Positions 9,702 to 18,435 of a DNA stretch of 64,000 nt are shown in pieces (positions within the stretch are counted from its first letter, which is position 1; each line of letters opens with the position of its first letter). Source of the stretch: a virus (Duplodnaviria > Heunggongvirae > Uroviricota > Caudoviricetes); the IMG/VR virus record IMGVR_UViG_2770939580_000003, positions 41,062 to 105,061 of that record, one strand, 5' to 3'. Below the pieces are notes generated by a model. That model did no database searches. It had not been told where the DNA came from and worked only from the letters and a program-made list of their open reading frames with translations. A program made the position numbers and the translations under genes.

Positions 9702-9756
9702 AATGCTTATCTGATTTTATTGATTATGATATATGTATAGTAGGCCGAAGCCTACA

Positions 9757-10029
9757 TTAAAATGAACCAAATAGTTCGTCCAGTTTGTCATCGTATACCT
9801 CTGAACTTTCCATTTGTTCCTCTTCGCTCTGCATGGAAAGTTCCGTATCCTCCTCAAAAGGGAGAGGCAATTCGTTTATGTTAAGGCTTGAACCAGTACC
9901 AAAAAACAATAGTCTCAATGCCCTCCTAACCACATCGCTTTTATCTTCGTGGGGAGGTAATCTTTTCCACGCTTCAATAAGATCCTCATCTTTATTGGGT
10001 CTAAGTCTTGCTCTAGCAGCTATTTCCAT
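9757..10029 (-). CDS. ribbon-helix-helix small protein with acidic tail; candidate ParR/AlfB-like adaptor for the upstream actin-like ATPase
   Basis: N-terminal KDEDLIEAWKRLPPHEDKSDVVRRALRLL (RHH-like), overlaps end of actin-like gene by 10 nt. Confidence 0.4.
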   Translation of the reverse strand: MEIAARARLRPNKDEDLIEAWKRLPPHEDKSDVVRRALRLLFFGTGSSLNINELPLPFEEDTELSMQSEEEQMESSEVYDDKLDELFGSF

Positions 10030-10997
10030 GATTTCTTTCCAATCTTTCCATATCCTCTAACTTGAGCGAGTTGATCCATCAAAATCTTGTTTGGAAGATC
10101 TAAGTATTCAAAAATAAATCGAGCGGCCCCACCAGCGATTAAGTAGATGTCAAAGTTGGTATTCAAACTTTCAATTTCATTTTTGATTTGTCTAGCTAAC
10201 GATTTAAATGCTTTTTGAATTAGTGGAACTATATTGTGTCCAAGGTAATTACCTGAGATAACATAAGTGTCTAATTCGTATATAGCTGGAGTATGCCCAG
10301 TTAGTTTTTGTATGTAAGTTTGTAATAGCGTGTACGCTTTCTCTACCCCCACTAAAACACTTTTGGATTCTTTTAATATACTGGATTTGCTGAATCCTAG
10401 TAAATTCAAAGTGTAAAATCCCAGATCGACAGTTAGTATCTTTTGTTTGGCTGCTTTTACTTTAGCGATTTTGCCATCGTCACCTAATAGATAGTCCATT
10501 GTAACACCTAATCCTTGAGGAACTATCTTGCATTCTTCAATAACAGGCTGGACAGTAATGTTGTTTCCCTTACCTTTACGAATCTTATATTCACCCTGAT
10601 CAGCCAATCCCAAAAGTTTTTGTTCAAATGGAGCTTTTTGTTTAAAGTAAAAGTCAATAGGAAGTCCACTTACTAATTTCACTTTTTCTTTTTTAGCTAA
10701 ATACCCCAGAGTAGTCTTCATGACCACTTCACTTGTCTCAGCCTCGGCTTTATTATTATTGAGAGAGAAGTATTTAACATCACTGTATTCTACGGCAGCA
10801 TTTCCTACGAACAACTCATCGTTGTAAATGAAGTGGTCTGATTTTATATTTTGTTCAAATAAGTCTTTAGCTTCCCCAGCTATAGTTGGTTGACGAAAGA
10901 ACTTTCCTCCTCTCTCACCTTTAGTCCATTTAAATCCAAGGTCTAAATTTAATGTGTTATACAAAATGGTACAACCTCCTTTTGAAGTCATGTACAC
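10020..10997 (-). CDS. actin-like ATPase (ParM/StbA family); true start probably the TTG at 10964 preceded by AAAGGAGG
   Basis: phosphate-1 NLDLGFKWTKGE, phosphate-2 VDLGFYT, adenosine IYLIAGGAARF motifs; RBS AAAGGAGG lies inside the annotated 5' end. Confidence 0.6.
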   Translation of the reverse strand: MYMTSKGGCTILYNTLNLDLGFKWTKGERGGKFFRQPTIAGEAKDLFEQNIKSDHFIYNDELFVGNAAVEYSDVKYFSLNNNKAEAETSEVVMKTTLGYLAKKEKVKLVSGLPIDFYFKQKAPFEQKLLGLADQGEYKIRKGKGNNITVQPVIEECKIVPQGLGVTMDYLLGDDGKIAKVKAAKQKILTVDLGFYTLNLLGFSKSSILKESKSVLVGVEKAYTLLQTYIQKLTGHTPAIYELDTYVISGNYLGHNIVPLIQKAFKSLARQIKNEIESLNTNFDIYLIAGGAARFIFEYLDLPNKILMDQLAQVRGYGKIGKKSWK

Positions 10998-11100
10998 AGA
11001 TATACCAGATTGAGATAGTCTGTTCCATTTGTGTACATTTGTGGCCTCTATAGATTGATTGTACCATTTATAATTGTTTATGTACAGTATTATCTTTGTA
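10990..11100 (-). promoter_or_regulatory. cluster of TGTACA hexamer repeats (4 copies) upstream of actin-like gene; candidate centromere/operator
   Basis: TGTACA at about 10990, 11033, 11069(GGTACA variant), 11090 read from sequence. Confidence 0.35.
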
Positions 11101-11106
11101 TTTTAA
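11086..11106 (-). repeat. 21-bp intergenic motif copy (plus AGTATTATCTTTGTATTTTAA)
   Basis: exact reading. Confidence 0.7.
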
Positions 11107-11159
11107 ATATCTACTTTACACCCCTGTATCACCCATGATCCTGTAAAATTGATGTTTCA

Positions 11160-11651
11160 TCAGGAATTTGCCTTCAAAAAAGGCTGATATCTCAAGGATA
11201 ATTCAGTTAGCCATTCTTCGTTATCACAATTTTCACTTCGAGTAACCAAAGCAAGATCAATCATTGAGGATATTTGCTCCCCAGTAAGTTCAACATCGTC
11301 TATTTCTACATCGCAGTAAAAATTCACTATCTCATGATACTTGTTTGGATTGGCAACAGCATTTAACTTGTTTTCTATGTATAATTCTAAGTTCACTTTA
11401 GCTTCAGGATACTCTTTCTTAATCATGTTGACTGCCTCATGGTATGTAAACTTTCTCAGATGATCTCCATCAAACTGAAAATTGATAATGAAACTATTGA
11501 AGTGAAGTCTTCTTAGTATGTAGTCATATGATACTGTTTTTTGATCGAAAATGTATTCCATGTTCAACTTCTTCTCTTTAAAAGCTGGATAGAATACTCT
11601 CAAATGCTTATCGAACAGCTTAAACAATTCTTTGTCATTTAGTTTTATCAT
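11160..11651 (-). CDS. hypothetical protein
   Basis: ORF track; tiling. Confidence 0.5.
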   Translation of the reverse strand: MIKLNDKELFKLFDKHLRVFYPAFKEKKLNMEYIFDQKTVSYDYILRRLHFNSFIINFQFDGDHLRKFTYHEAVNMIKKEYPEAKVNLELYIENKLNAVANPNKYHEIVNFYCDVEIDDVELTGEQISSMIDLALVTRSENCDNEEWLTELSLRYQPFLKANS

Positions 11652-11840
11652 ATATATTTACCTTTCTATTAATATGGGTCATTCTCAGACTGATAATATT
11701 CTAAGCCATAGTTCATTTGCCATTCAATCAGTTTTGCTATGTATTTATCGTACTTTACTTTCTCAATCAATCCATTTTCAAATCTTACATTTAATATTTT
11801 AGTGTAATTTTGTATTGGAATAACGTATCTCTCCTACTTT

Positions 11841-12068
11841 CTATTTAACTTTTAAAGGCGTATAACAATCAGAACAAACAATCCATGTACAAGTATCTAG
11901 ACGATTTGAAAACTGATACCATTTAGATGGCACAAACCATTCTTTAGTGGATATGAATCTAGCTATGGCTTCACAGTTACTACAATATAGAGAATCGGTG
12001 TTACTATGTATTCTTGCAGAAGGCTTGTATCCATATATGCCTAAATGCTTCTTTACTTTTTCACTCAT
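11841..12068 (-). CDS. hypothetical zinc-ribbon protein
   Basis: CSNC...CSDC. Confidence 0.45.
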   Translation of the reverse strand: MSEKVKKHLGIYGYKPSARIHSNTDSLYCSNCEAIARFISTKEWFVPSKWYQFSNRLDTCTWIVCSDCYTPLKVK

Positions 12069-12351
12069 GCTGACTCACGATTTTTGCGACACAGTATAGA
12101 TCGCCTTTTCTAAATACATTTGCATATTCCATAGCTTCTGTTTTTGTATCAAATTCATCAATCCTATATCCAGAATCTAACCTATGTTCCCAAAATGAAA
12201 TTACGATCCACTTATAATCTACATTTTCGTCCTCGTCTGACAATCTAATTGTTTTATCAAATTCACCCTGTCTGTAAGCCTCATTGTAGTAAGCTTGTCT
12301 GAGTGATTCCATTTCTTTTGAATAAAATAGCTCTTTAAGTGGTTGATTGTC
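12061..12351 (-). CDS. hypothetical protein (start re-set to MDNQPLK preceded by GGGGAGGGAA)
   Basis: RBS-supported internal start removes most of the overlap with 12335..12631. Confidence 0.4.
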   Translation of the reverse strand, partial: DNQPLKELFYSKEMESLRQAYYNEAYRQGEFDKTIRLSDEDENVDYKWIVISFWEHRLDSGYRIDEFDTKTEAMEYANVFRKGDLYCVAKIVSQHE

Positions 12352-12631
12352 CATTCTCAATTCCCTCCCCAAAATAATCATTAATTGCTTCCTCAATATA
12401 GCTTTTTCCAATATTCAATGAATAGTTAACATTAAAAACGGTTTGATATACTAATGGACATATTTTCTTTTTGATTTTTACATTGTGGCTGTGAATTACT
12501 CCTACTCTTTCGATCCACTCTGAATTATTCTTATAAATGATTTTATATGTAACATTATCACGTTCAATGTATTTAATGACTTTATTTCTGCTCAAAACGC
12601 TCCTCTTTTCTATGTAAAATATAAGTTTCAT
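12335..12631 (-). CDS. hypothetical protein
   Basis: ORF track. Confidence 0.4.
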   Translation of the reverse strand: MKLIFYIEKRSVLSRNKVIKYIERDNVTYKIIYKNNSEWIERVGVIHSHNVKIKKKICPLVYQTVFNVNYSLNIGKSYIEEAINDYFGEGIENGQSTT

Positions 12632-12643
12632 TTAAACTATGTA

Positions 12644-13282
12644 TTAAGAAAATGCTGGAGCCAACTTAGTAATACTACGCTTATATGCCTGATGAACTGC
12701 CTGACGACTCACCTTTAACTCTTTGCCGATATCTGTTAATGCATCGCCCTCAAAAAAGTACTTAAATGAAACAACTTTTTCTTTTTCGGTTAAACTAGAC
12801 TCAATTAAATTAGTTAGTTTATGATTAAACTCATCTTCTTCAACCTTGTCAAAATCGAGATGAGATTCATTTGATAAGACCTCCGCAATAGTCTTTTCAC
12901 TGCTTTGATCTGCTTTCCCAAGAGGTGTATCTAAACTAATCGAATCAAATGAGCCTCGACACTTCATGTGCTTATAGCGTTCAGCTTTCACAAACTCCAT
13001 CCATACAACTCGACCAGCATACGTAACAAACTTAATGTCCTTTGAGGTATCATATGTATCAAATGCAACAATCAAACCGTATAAACCCAAACTTACCAAG
13101 TCATCTAAATCGTCCGTGTACCCAGCTTTTTTCCATTTGTTTGCCAGTTTTACTGCGATACGAATATTATTGTTGATTACCTTATCCTTCAGCTCTTTAC
13201 TGTCAGTTTCTTTTGCTACCAAAATCATTGCCTCATTATCAAAATTCGGGTCATACTGTTGTAGCATCATATTAAAATTCAT
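12644..13282 (-). CDS. sigma-70 family RNA polymerase sigma factor (regions 2 and 4 only), phage-encoded
   Basis: region 2: DLVSLGLYGLIVAFDTYD...FVTYAGRVV; region 4 HTH: LTDIGKELKVSRQAVHQAYKRSITKL. Confidence 0.75.
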   Translation of the reverse strand: MNFNMMLQQYDPNFDNEAMILVAKETDSKELKDKVINNNIRIAVKLANKWKKAGYTDDLDDLVSLGLYGLIVAFDTYDTSKDIKFVTYAGRVVWMEFVKAERYKHMKCRGSFDSISLDTPLGKADQSSEKTIAEVLSNESHLDFDKVEEDEFNHKLTNLIESSLTEKEKVVSFKYFFEGDALTDIGKELKVSRQAVHQAYKRSITKLAPAFS

Positions 13283-13464
13283 TTTCTCTACCTATTGCAT
13301 ATGCAACTCTGGCACATGCCCTTATTATGTATTTGTGTTGACGATAATTTTTGTAAAACGTATAATGTAGTTACAATAGACTAAGGTTTAACCGGGAGCA
13401 GTCATTGCCTTAATTGGAGTGGCTGCTCTTTTTGATGAAGAAAGTGCTTCATTAAGACTATGTA

Positions 13465-14211
13465 TTAACTAAATGTTGGTTCAGGCTTCGCTTCGACCTC
13501 AACACAGTCTGAATCGGACTCAACATCGATAATCAAAGAAGTATAGTTCTGATTCAATTTCATTAGCAAGAGCTCAAAATCGTTTAAGTGTCTAAGAGAC
13601 TTCAAATCCTTTACTTCATGACGCTCAATGTCCCACCCTTTATCTTTACTGTCCTTCCAACGATGCAATCTGATGGATTGGTTCATCTCTTCATCTTTCT
13701 CACATTCAAAAATCAAGTTTGCATATTCGTAAGACCCCCAGTGTCTTTCTTCGCTGTACTCTACCTCTAATGTAACTTCAGCATATTCATAACTAACGCC
13801 ATCATCATAATCAACTTCTAATTTATTCGTATCAATATTCTTACCTACAAAGTCCATCCAATGTTTGTACAGATCTGATACATTTAAATGCTTTACTTTT
13901 TCGTCTGTAGTCATAAGATTCTTGAAATTACTAAGAAGTTGTTTATTCTCAAGTGCTGAGTTTTGGAGTACATCTACCAGTACCGCATCCAATTTAGTTA
14001 TGTATTGTGAATAGTCGTAAGTCTCAAGATAGGGAACCATTACCGATTTAACTTTATCCTCAATGATCTTTGTGACATCGCCGTATGAGCGGAATAGATT
14101 TTCAAGTGCATTTACTACACCTTTCTCCAGTTGTTGTTCAATCAACTTCTCTACAGTTCCATCCTCAAGCTTTCTAGTAATTGTATCTTTAATGCTATTT
14201 TCAAGTGTCAT
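13465..14211 (-). CDS. hypothetical acidic protein (248 aa)
   Basis: ORF track; between sigma factor and GHKL protein. Confidence 0.5.
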   Translation of the reverse strand: MTLENSIKDTITRKLEDGTVEKLIEQQLEKGVVNALENLFRSYGDVTKIIEDKVKSVMVPYLETYDYSQYITKLDAVLVDVLQNSALENKQLLSNFKNLMTTDEKVKHLNVSDLYKHWMDFVGKNIDTNKLEVDYDDGVSYEYAEVTLEVEYSEERHWGSYEYANLIFECEKDEEMNQSIRLHRWKDSKDKGWDIERHEVKDLKSLRHLNDFELLLMKLNQNYTSLIIDVESDSDCVEVEAKPEPTFS

Positions 14212-14254
14212 ATATTATATCTCCCTTTTATTTGAAGTGTTTTATAAAGAATGA

Positions 14255-16084
14255 TTAGGCCATCGCCAAACCGTCAATCAGACAGTCATACAGATCTTTC
14301 GGTCTTTCTACTTCGTCAAAATTCATTAGGTTAACTGCTCGAACAATCTCTTTCAAGTTCCGTAGGAGGAATTTATAGTCGCTTATATCTAGATTCTCTT
14401 CGTTACTTTCCCTAAGTTTACTGTCATCGATTACTGTTCTATCTATGTATACCTTGTTGTTAATGTAGTCATGCACAGCCACAAAGTCTTCTTCAATCTT
14501 TTCAATCGTGTGATTTAACACCTCAATTTGAGTTTGCTTTAGTACCATTACGTCGCCTATAGAGAATACATTTCTGCTGAACCCGATCATTCGACTAATC
14601 ATGTCCAGTAACATTAGGGCTCGGCTCTCTTTTTTACTTAGCTCAGTATTTGAGATAGATGCTTTAATCAACGTGTTCTCAGTTAGTTCTGAGATATGTA
14701 CAATGTTTTGATCCTTGCCCAATGTCTCTAATATTCCGCTTTCTATTTTGTTCCTCGATACAATCACTTTTAATTTGTAATGCTCTGCAATTTTAAATTT
14801 CTTCTCATGTTCGACAATTTGATCAAACGATAACCAAAATACTGGCTCAGAGCTAAAGTCGATCTGTTGTCCTTTTCTTTCTTCGATTTTATCCTCATCA
14901 ATTTCGGGTTCACTTCGTCCACCAGATGATCCTTCACTTCCATACCAAGTAGAAATACCTTCTGCTTCTGGGGCTTTGTTATTAACCTCTTGAGTGAATT
15001 CAATCTCTTTATGATTTGATTCAGATTGTTTGGCTGCTTCTGATTTAATAAAAACCTCATATTGATTGACGCTTCTGATTTCTGGATTCTTTCTTTTAGC
15101 TAAGGCGATGCTATTAAGATATTTCGAATCATCCTTATTCTCAGTATCAAACACTAGGAATGACATCTCATTTTTCAATTTTCCCTTGTCTGCATTCCAT
15201 GAGATAGCATCAATATGCTTCTCAATGTGTCTCTGCTCACCATGTAGAAAACCGTTATTGGCAAGCTCTTTGGTATACCCCGATACTTCCTTTAAGAATG
15301 CAGAGTATTTATCATCTCTAATGATGTCTTTGCGATCTGGAGAGGTTAGATTTAAGGTTTTGTCGTTGATATGTAAATCGCCTTTAACATAATAATAACT
15401 ATCAAGTTTAGTTACCAACCTACCTTTATAAAACACTTTTAGGTCTTGACTGAATCCTGAGTTCAATGCAATCCAACCTTGAATATTGTCTGATTCAATC
15501 ACACTAGAAAACACGCTGCCATCTGTGTCTGTCAAATTCTTTTTTGGTTGAAGTTTATCGTCACAATAGATATCTAATTCATGTATGTATTTTCCTAGCA
15601 ATTCGATTCTTTCACGAATCAATGATGCTGATACTTCCGTAAAGTCAAAATTGTTCAGTATCAATTTGAAACCTTCATATGTATTGTCTGTCTCAGTTAC
15701 TTCTATGTCTGTTTTGTTATTCTGAATCATCACACCAACATTAAAGATAATATGTTTATTCCCCGTAATCACTTCGATGTTGTCGCTCACAGTAATGTTA
15801 CTGAAGAATCCCATCCCAAACGGCGACTCTGATCTTTGAATGTCTTCATCCCACTCTGACTCAGCTATTGAAAATAGAGCTTGTGAATTCGTTAGTGTCT
15901 GACCATTGTTTTCAATTGTGACTTTATTGTTGTAGTAATCTACTGTTACTCTAACTTCGGTTGCTTTGGCTCGTTGGGCGTTCTGAATATCTTCATCAAG
16001 GAACGACAGTTTATCTTTGAAAGTGCTCTGTCTTAACAGTTTCAATTGGTTAATCACGTTAACTTTTACTTGGACATTATTCAA
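14255..16084 (-). CDS. GHKL (histidine-kinase/MutL/Hsp90-like) ATPase domain protein, 609 aa
   Basis: N-box EDIQNAQRAKATEV, G1 ENNGQTL, G2 FGMGFFS near N-terminus. Confidence 0.5.
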   Translation of the reverse strand: MNNVQVKVNVINQLKLLRQSTFKDKLSFLDEDIQNAQRAKATEVRVTVDYYNNKVTIENNGQTLTNSQALFSIAESEWDEDIQRSESPFGMGFFSNITVSDNIEVITGNKHIIFNVGVMIQNNKTDIEVTETDNTYEGFKLILNNFDFTEVSASLIRERIELLGKYIHELDIYCDDKLQPKKNLTDTDGSVFSSVIESDNIQGWIALNSGFSQDLKVFYKGRLVTKLDSYYYVKGDLHINDKTLNLTSPDRKDIIRDDKYSAFLKEVSGYTKELANNGFLHGEQRHIEKHIDAISWNADKGKLKNEMSFLVFDTENKDDSKYLNSIALAKRKNPEIRSVNQYEVFIKSEAAKQSESNHKEIEFTQEVNNKAPEAEGISTWYGSEGSSGGRSEPEIDEDKIEERKGQQIDFSSEPVFWLSFDQIVEHEKKFKIAEHYKLKVIVSRNKIESGILETLGKDQNIVHISELTENTLIKASISNTELSKKESRALMLLDMISRMIGFSRNVFSIGDVMVLKQTQIEVLNHTIEKIEEDFVAVHDYINNKVYIDRTVIDDSKLRESNEENLDISDYKFLLRNLKEIVRAVNLMNFDEVERPKDLYDCLIDGLAMA

Positions 16085-16116
16085 TTTGCCACTCTCTCCT
16101 TTATAAGTTGTTCAAA

Positions 16117-16490
16117 TTAAGATCTGTAGTGCTTCAATAGTTCCTCAACTCTGTTGTGTGAATGTCTGGCTGCTTCATTTCTTGCTAATTTCCAAGTGTC
16201 TTCATCTATATTTTTGTCTCTAAGGTCTTCAACTATTTTATTCATAAGACGTTTAGCATTTTGATTTATGCTTCCATATTCAACGGCGTTTAATGGTATC
16301 GCACTCTGAGTCTTCTCATTGAACCCAGTGCAGATTCTTCTATCATAGACTTCAGTCTGATAGTAGTATTCAAGCCATTTGATAAATGCATATTCGTATC
16401 TCTCTTGATCTGCTGATTTTATGGCTAAAAAATCACTATAATGGTCGATAAATCTTCGCCTCTTTTCTCTTTGAAACAGGTTTTGTCAAG
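16117..16490 (-). pseudogene. about 124-codon open frame with no ATG/GTG/TTG start after an in-frame TGA; possible gene remnant or non-canonical start
   Basis: Manual translation ..RRRFIDHYSDFLAIKSADQERYEYAFIKWLEYYYQ...LLKHYRS*; not in ORF track. Confidence 0.3.
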
Positions 16491-16502
16491 CATTAAGCAC
16501 TC

Positions 16503-16676
16503 TAAATGTGAAAATAGTCGCTTCCTTTATGGAAATTTATCGTCATTCCAACCAAGCCAAACATTTTTACGGATTCGCCATTATTAAATGGAGCACCTTT
16601 GTAATATTCGTCTTTTCTAAAATAAGTGCCACTATCAATCTTCCAATCTTTTATGCATAGATACTTTTGTTTCATA
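16503..16676 (-). CDS. hypothetical 57-aa protein (MKQKYLCIKDWKIDSGTYF...) with GGAGGAG RBS
   Basis: Manual translation; strong RBS 7 nt upstream. Confidence 0.45.
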
Positions 16677-16747
16677 GAGTAGCTCCTCCTTTTTTCTGTC
16701 TATATGAAACAGGTAATTTATCAAAACGCTTTCCTTAGCACATCATA

Positions 16748-16776
16748 GTGACTTTTGTCAAACTTGGTGTTATACT
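16748..16776 (+). promoter_or_regulatory. sigmaA-like promoter (GTGACT -35, 17 nt, TGtTATACT extended -10) for rightward small gene
   Basis: read from sequence. Confidence 0.35.
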
Positions 16777-16808
16777 TTACATACAAAATGATAAGGAGTG
16801 GTTGTTAT

Positions 16809-17006
16809 ATGCCAGCACCGAAACAATTTGTTAACGGCAAATGGGTACATGGTGGAGCAGCTCAACAGCACATTATAAAGAAAAACGGTGGCTGGGATCA
16901 GCATCACGAAGAGCTTATCGAAACAGCCATTAAAGATTTCGCTAAAGAGCAAGTTAGTCAGATGAACGAGAAAGCTAAGAAACCTAGATTAAAACGAGCC
17001 AAATAG
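16809..17006 (+). CDS. small Lys-rich protein (66 aa from MPAPKQF; RBS AAGGAGTG) on opposite strand to surrounding genes; moron-like
   Basis: Own promoter and terminator; opposite orientation. Confidence 0.5.
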   Translation: MPAPKQFVNGKWVHGGAAQQHIIKKNGGWDQHHEELIETAIKDFAKEQVSQMNEKAKKPRLKRAK

Positions 17007-17010
17007 TTTC

Positions 17011-17046
17011 TCTCCCCCCTAGTTGTATTGAGGGGGATTTTCTATA
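17011..17046 (+). terminator. rho-independent terminator CCCCCCT..AGGGGG + ATTTTCT
   Basis: read from sequence. Confidence 0.6.
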
Positions 17047-17095
17047 TAAAACTAGACTTTGATTAACTCTTCTTAAGGATTTCCGTCCATCTAAT

Positions 17096-17344
17096 CTACT
17101 TTCCGTATTTTAGAAGTAACATAAGACACCAGACTACAGGCCATAATAAAGTAACTCCAAGTACATTTTTCCATGTAAATCCTTTTAAATTGCGATCTTT
17201 CCAGATAGCATACAGTAAAGTGAACGTTCCTATGTAAAGATATAATGGGATAATCCAGCCAAATAGTAATGTTAGCAGACTACTCCACCTTCTTTGCTTT
17301 GATTGTAATCTCGAATTCATAATCAGTTTCGTCTTCATCAGCAA
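17096..17344 (-). CDS. small 2-TM membrane protein
   Basis: hydrophobic segments; start uncertain. Confidence 0.4.
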   Translation of the reverse strand: MLMKTKLIMNSRLQSKQRRWSSLLTLLFGWIIPLYLYIGTFTLLYAIWKDRNLKGFTWKNVLGVTLLWPVVWCLMLLLKYGK

Positions 17345-17522
17345 TACCTTCTAACAGGTCATTGGGGTAGACCATAAATCTTCCTTTGGTGAATCTGGCT
17401 TTTTCATGGCTCTTTGGTTTCCTTCCTGTGATAATAGCGTAGTCTTCTTTGCTCACATCCCAAACAAATGATTCATAATCTCCACTTGGCTTACCTTTAA
17501 ACGTAAATGTTTTTTCTTTCAT
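17280..17522 (-). CDS. hypothetical protein
   Basis: ORF track. Confidence 0.45.
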   Translation of the reverse strand: MKEKTFTFKGKPSGDYESFVWDVSKEDYAIITGRKPKSHEKARFTKGRFMVYPNDLLEGIADEDETDYEFEITIKAKKVE

Positions 17523-17524
17523 CT

Positions 17525-17956
17525 TTAGACCTCCAATAATTCAGGATTATCATGTATGTTTCCTATCTTATGTGGCATCCATTCAATGTCATAACCAGTC
17601 CAACCACCATTACCCGCATTAGCTAAATACATACTTAATGGCACTGCCTTATATTTTGATTGGTTTATGTCATAGCATATGACTTTTGCTTCGCGTTCCT
17701 TGATTGCCCAATTGGGAGAGAGGATGTCTCCCTCAAATAAATCTTCATTACTCACAACATCCGCCCTCCCAATACTTTTGCCTACTGTTAAAGGATCAAC
17801 CTTGTACCAATATTCAGTACAGAAATATTGTTCATCCCATTCAACAATGTCTCCAACAATCGCATCGTCACCGATTAAGTACCCGCAGATCCATTCCCCT
17901 GTTTCAATGTGTTTACCACGATGTTTATTGTTTGTCATCAATACATCCTCCTTCAA
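17525..17956 (-). CDS. YopX family protein
   Basis: C-terminal ...LFEGDIL...IGNIHDNPELLE signature of YopX family. Confidence 0.7.
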   Translation of the reverse strand: MKEDVLMTNNKHRGKHIETGEWICGYLIGDDAIVGDIVEWDEQYFCTEYWYKVDPLTVGKSIGRADVVSNEDLFEGDILSPNWAIKEREAKVICYDINQSKYKAVPLSMYLANAGNGGWTGYDIEWMPHKIGNIHDNPELLEV

Positions 17957-18167
17957 TTAGCTCAAAGCATTCTTCCAATTCAATTTCTCCGTTAAAATTT
18001 ATCTTTCCTACGTAAACATCTCTTCCTTTTGAGTCTGTCGCAAAATACTCTTCTGCTTCTTCGTAAAGTTCTGCCTGTAATTCTTCATCTTCTTGAACTT
18101 CACAAGTAATATTCCCGCGATTAAATTCTTGAAACGACTCTATGCATCTAACCATAATCTGATTCAT
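17925..18167 (-). CDS. hypothetical highly acidic protein
   Basis: ORF track. Confidence 0.45.
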   Translation of the reverse strand: MNQIMVRCIESFQEFNRGNITCEVQEDEELQAELYEEAEEYFATDSKGRDVYVGKINFNGEIELEECFELIEGGCIDDKQ

Positions 18168-18195
18168 TTTATTTACCTCCAGATAAATTAGATAT

Positions 18196-18435
18196 TCACT
18201 GACTCCCCAAACTAATTACTGCTTCCCATTCGCCCTTACGTTCAGAGTCAGTCATTCCACAGTTATTCATTGAAGCATAGTGTGATCCTATCCATCTCAC
18301 ATTTAACATGTCTGAAGAATAACGTTTGCCAGTGTTTGATATGACGGTGAATCCATGTACGCTGTACTGAGCTGCTTGTAGTAGATTCATATTTTCACCT
18401 CTAGTAATTTCCTGTTGCAATGGCATAGGCCACAC
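18196..18435 (-). CDS. hypothetical protein
   Basis: ORF track. Confidence 0.4.
   Translation of the reverse strand: MWPMPLQQEITRGENMNLLQAAQYSVHGFTVISNTGKRYSSDMLNVRWIGSHYASMNNCGMTDSERKGEWEAVISLGSQ

Noticed and set aside
14770-15392. Nested ORFs 14770..15060(-) and 15066..15392(+) inside the GHKL gene
   Set aside because: Internal or antisense frames of a longer, motif-supported CDS.
14255-16084. Considered as YonO-like single-subunit RNA polymerase
   Set aside because: No NADFDGD-type catalytic motif; N-terminus instead matches a GHKL ATPase.
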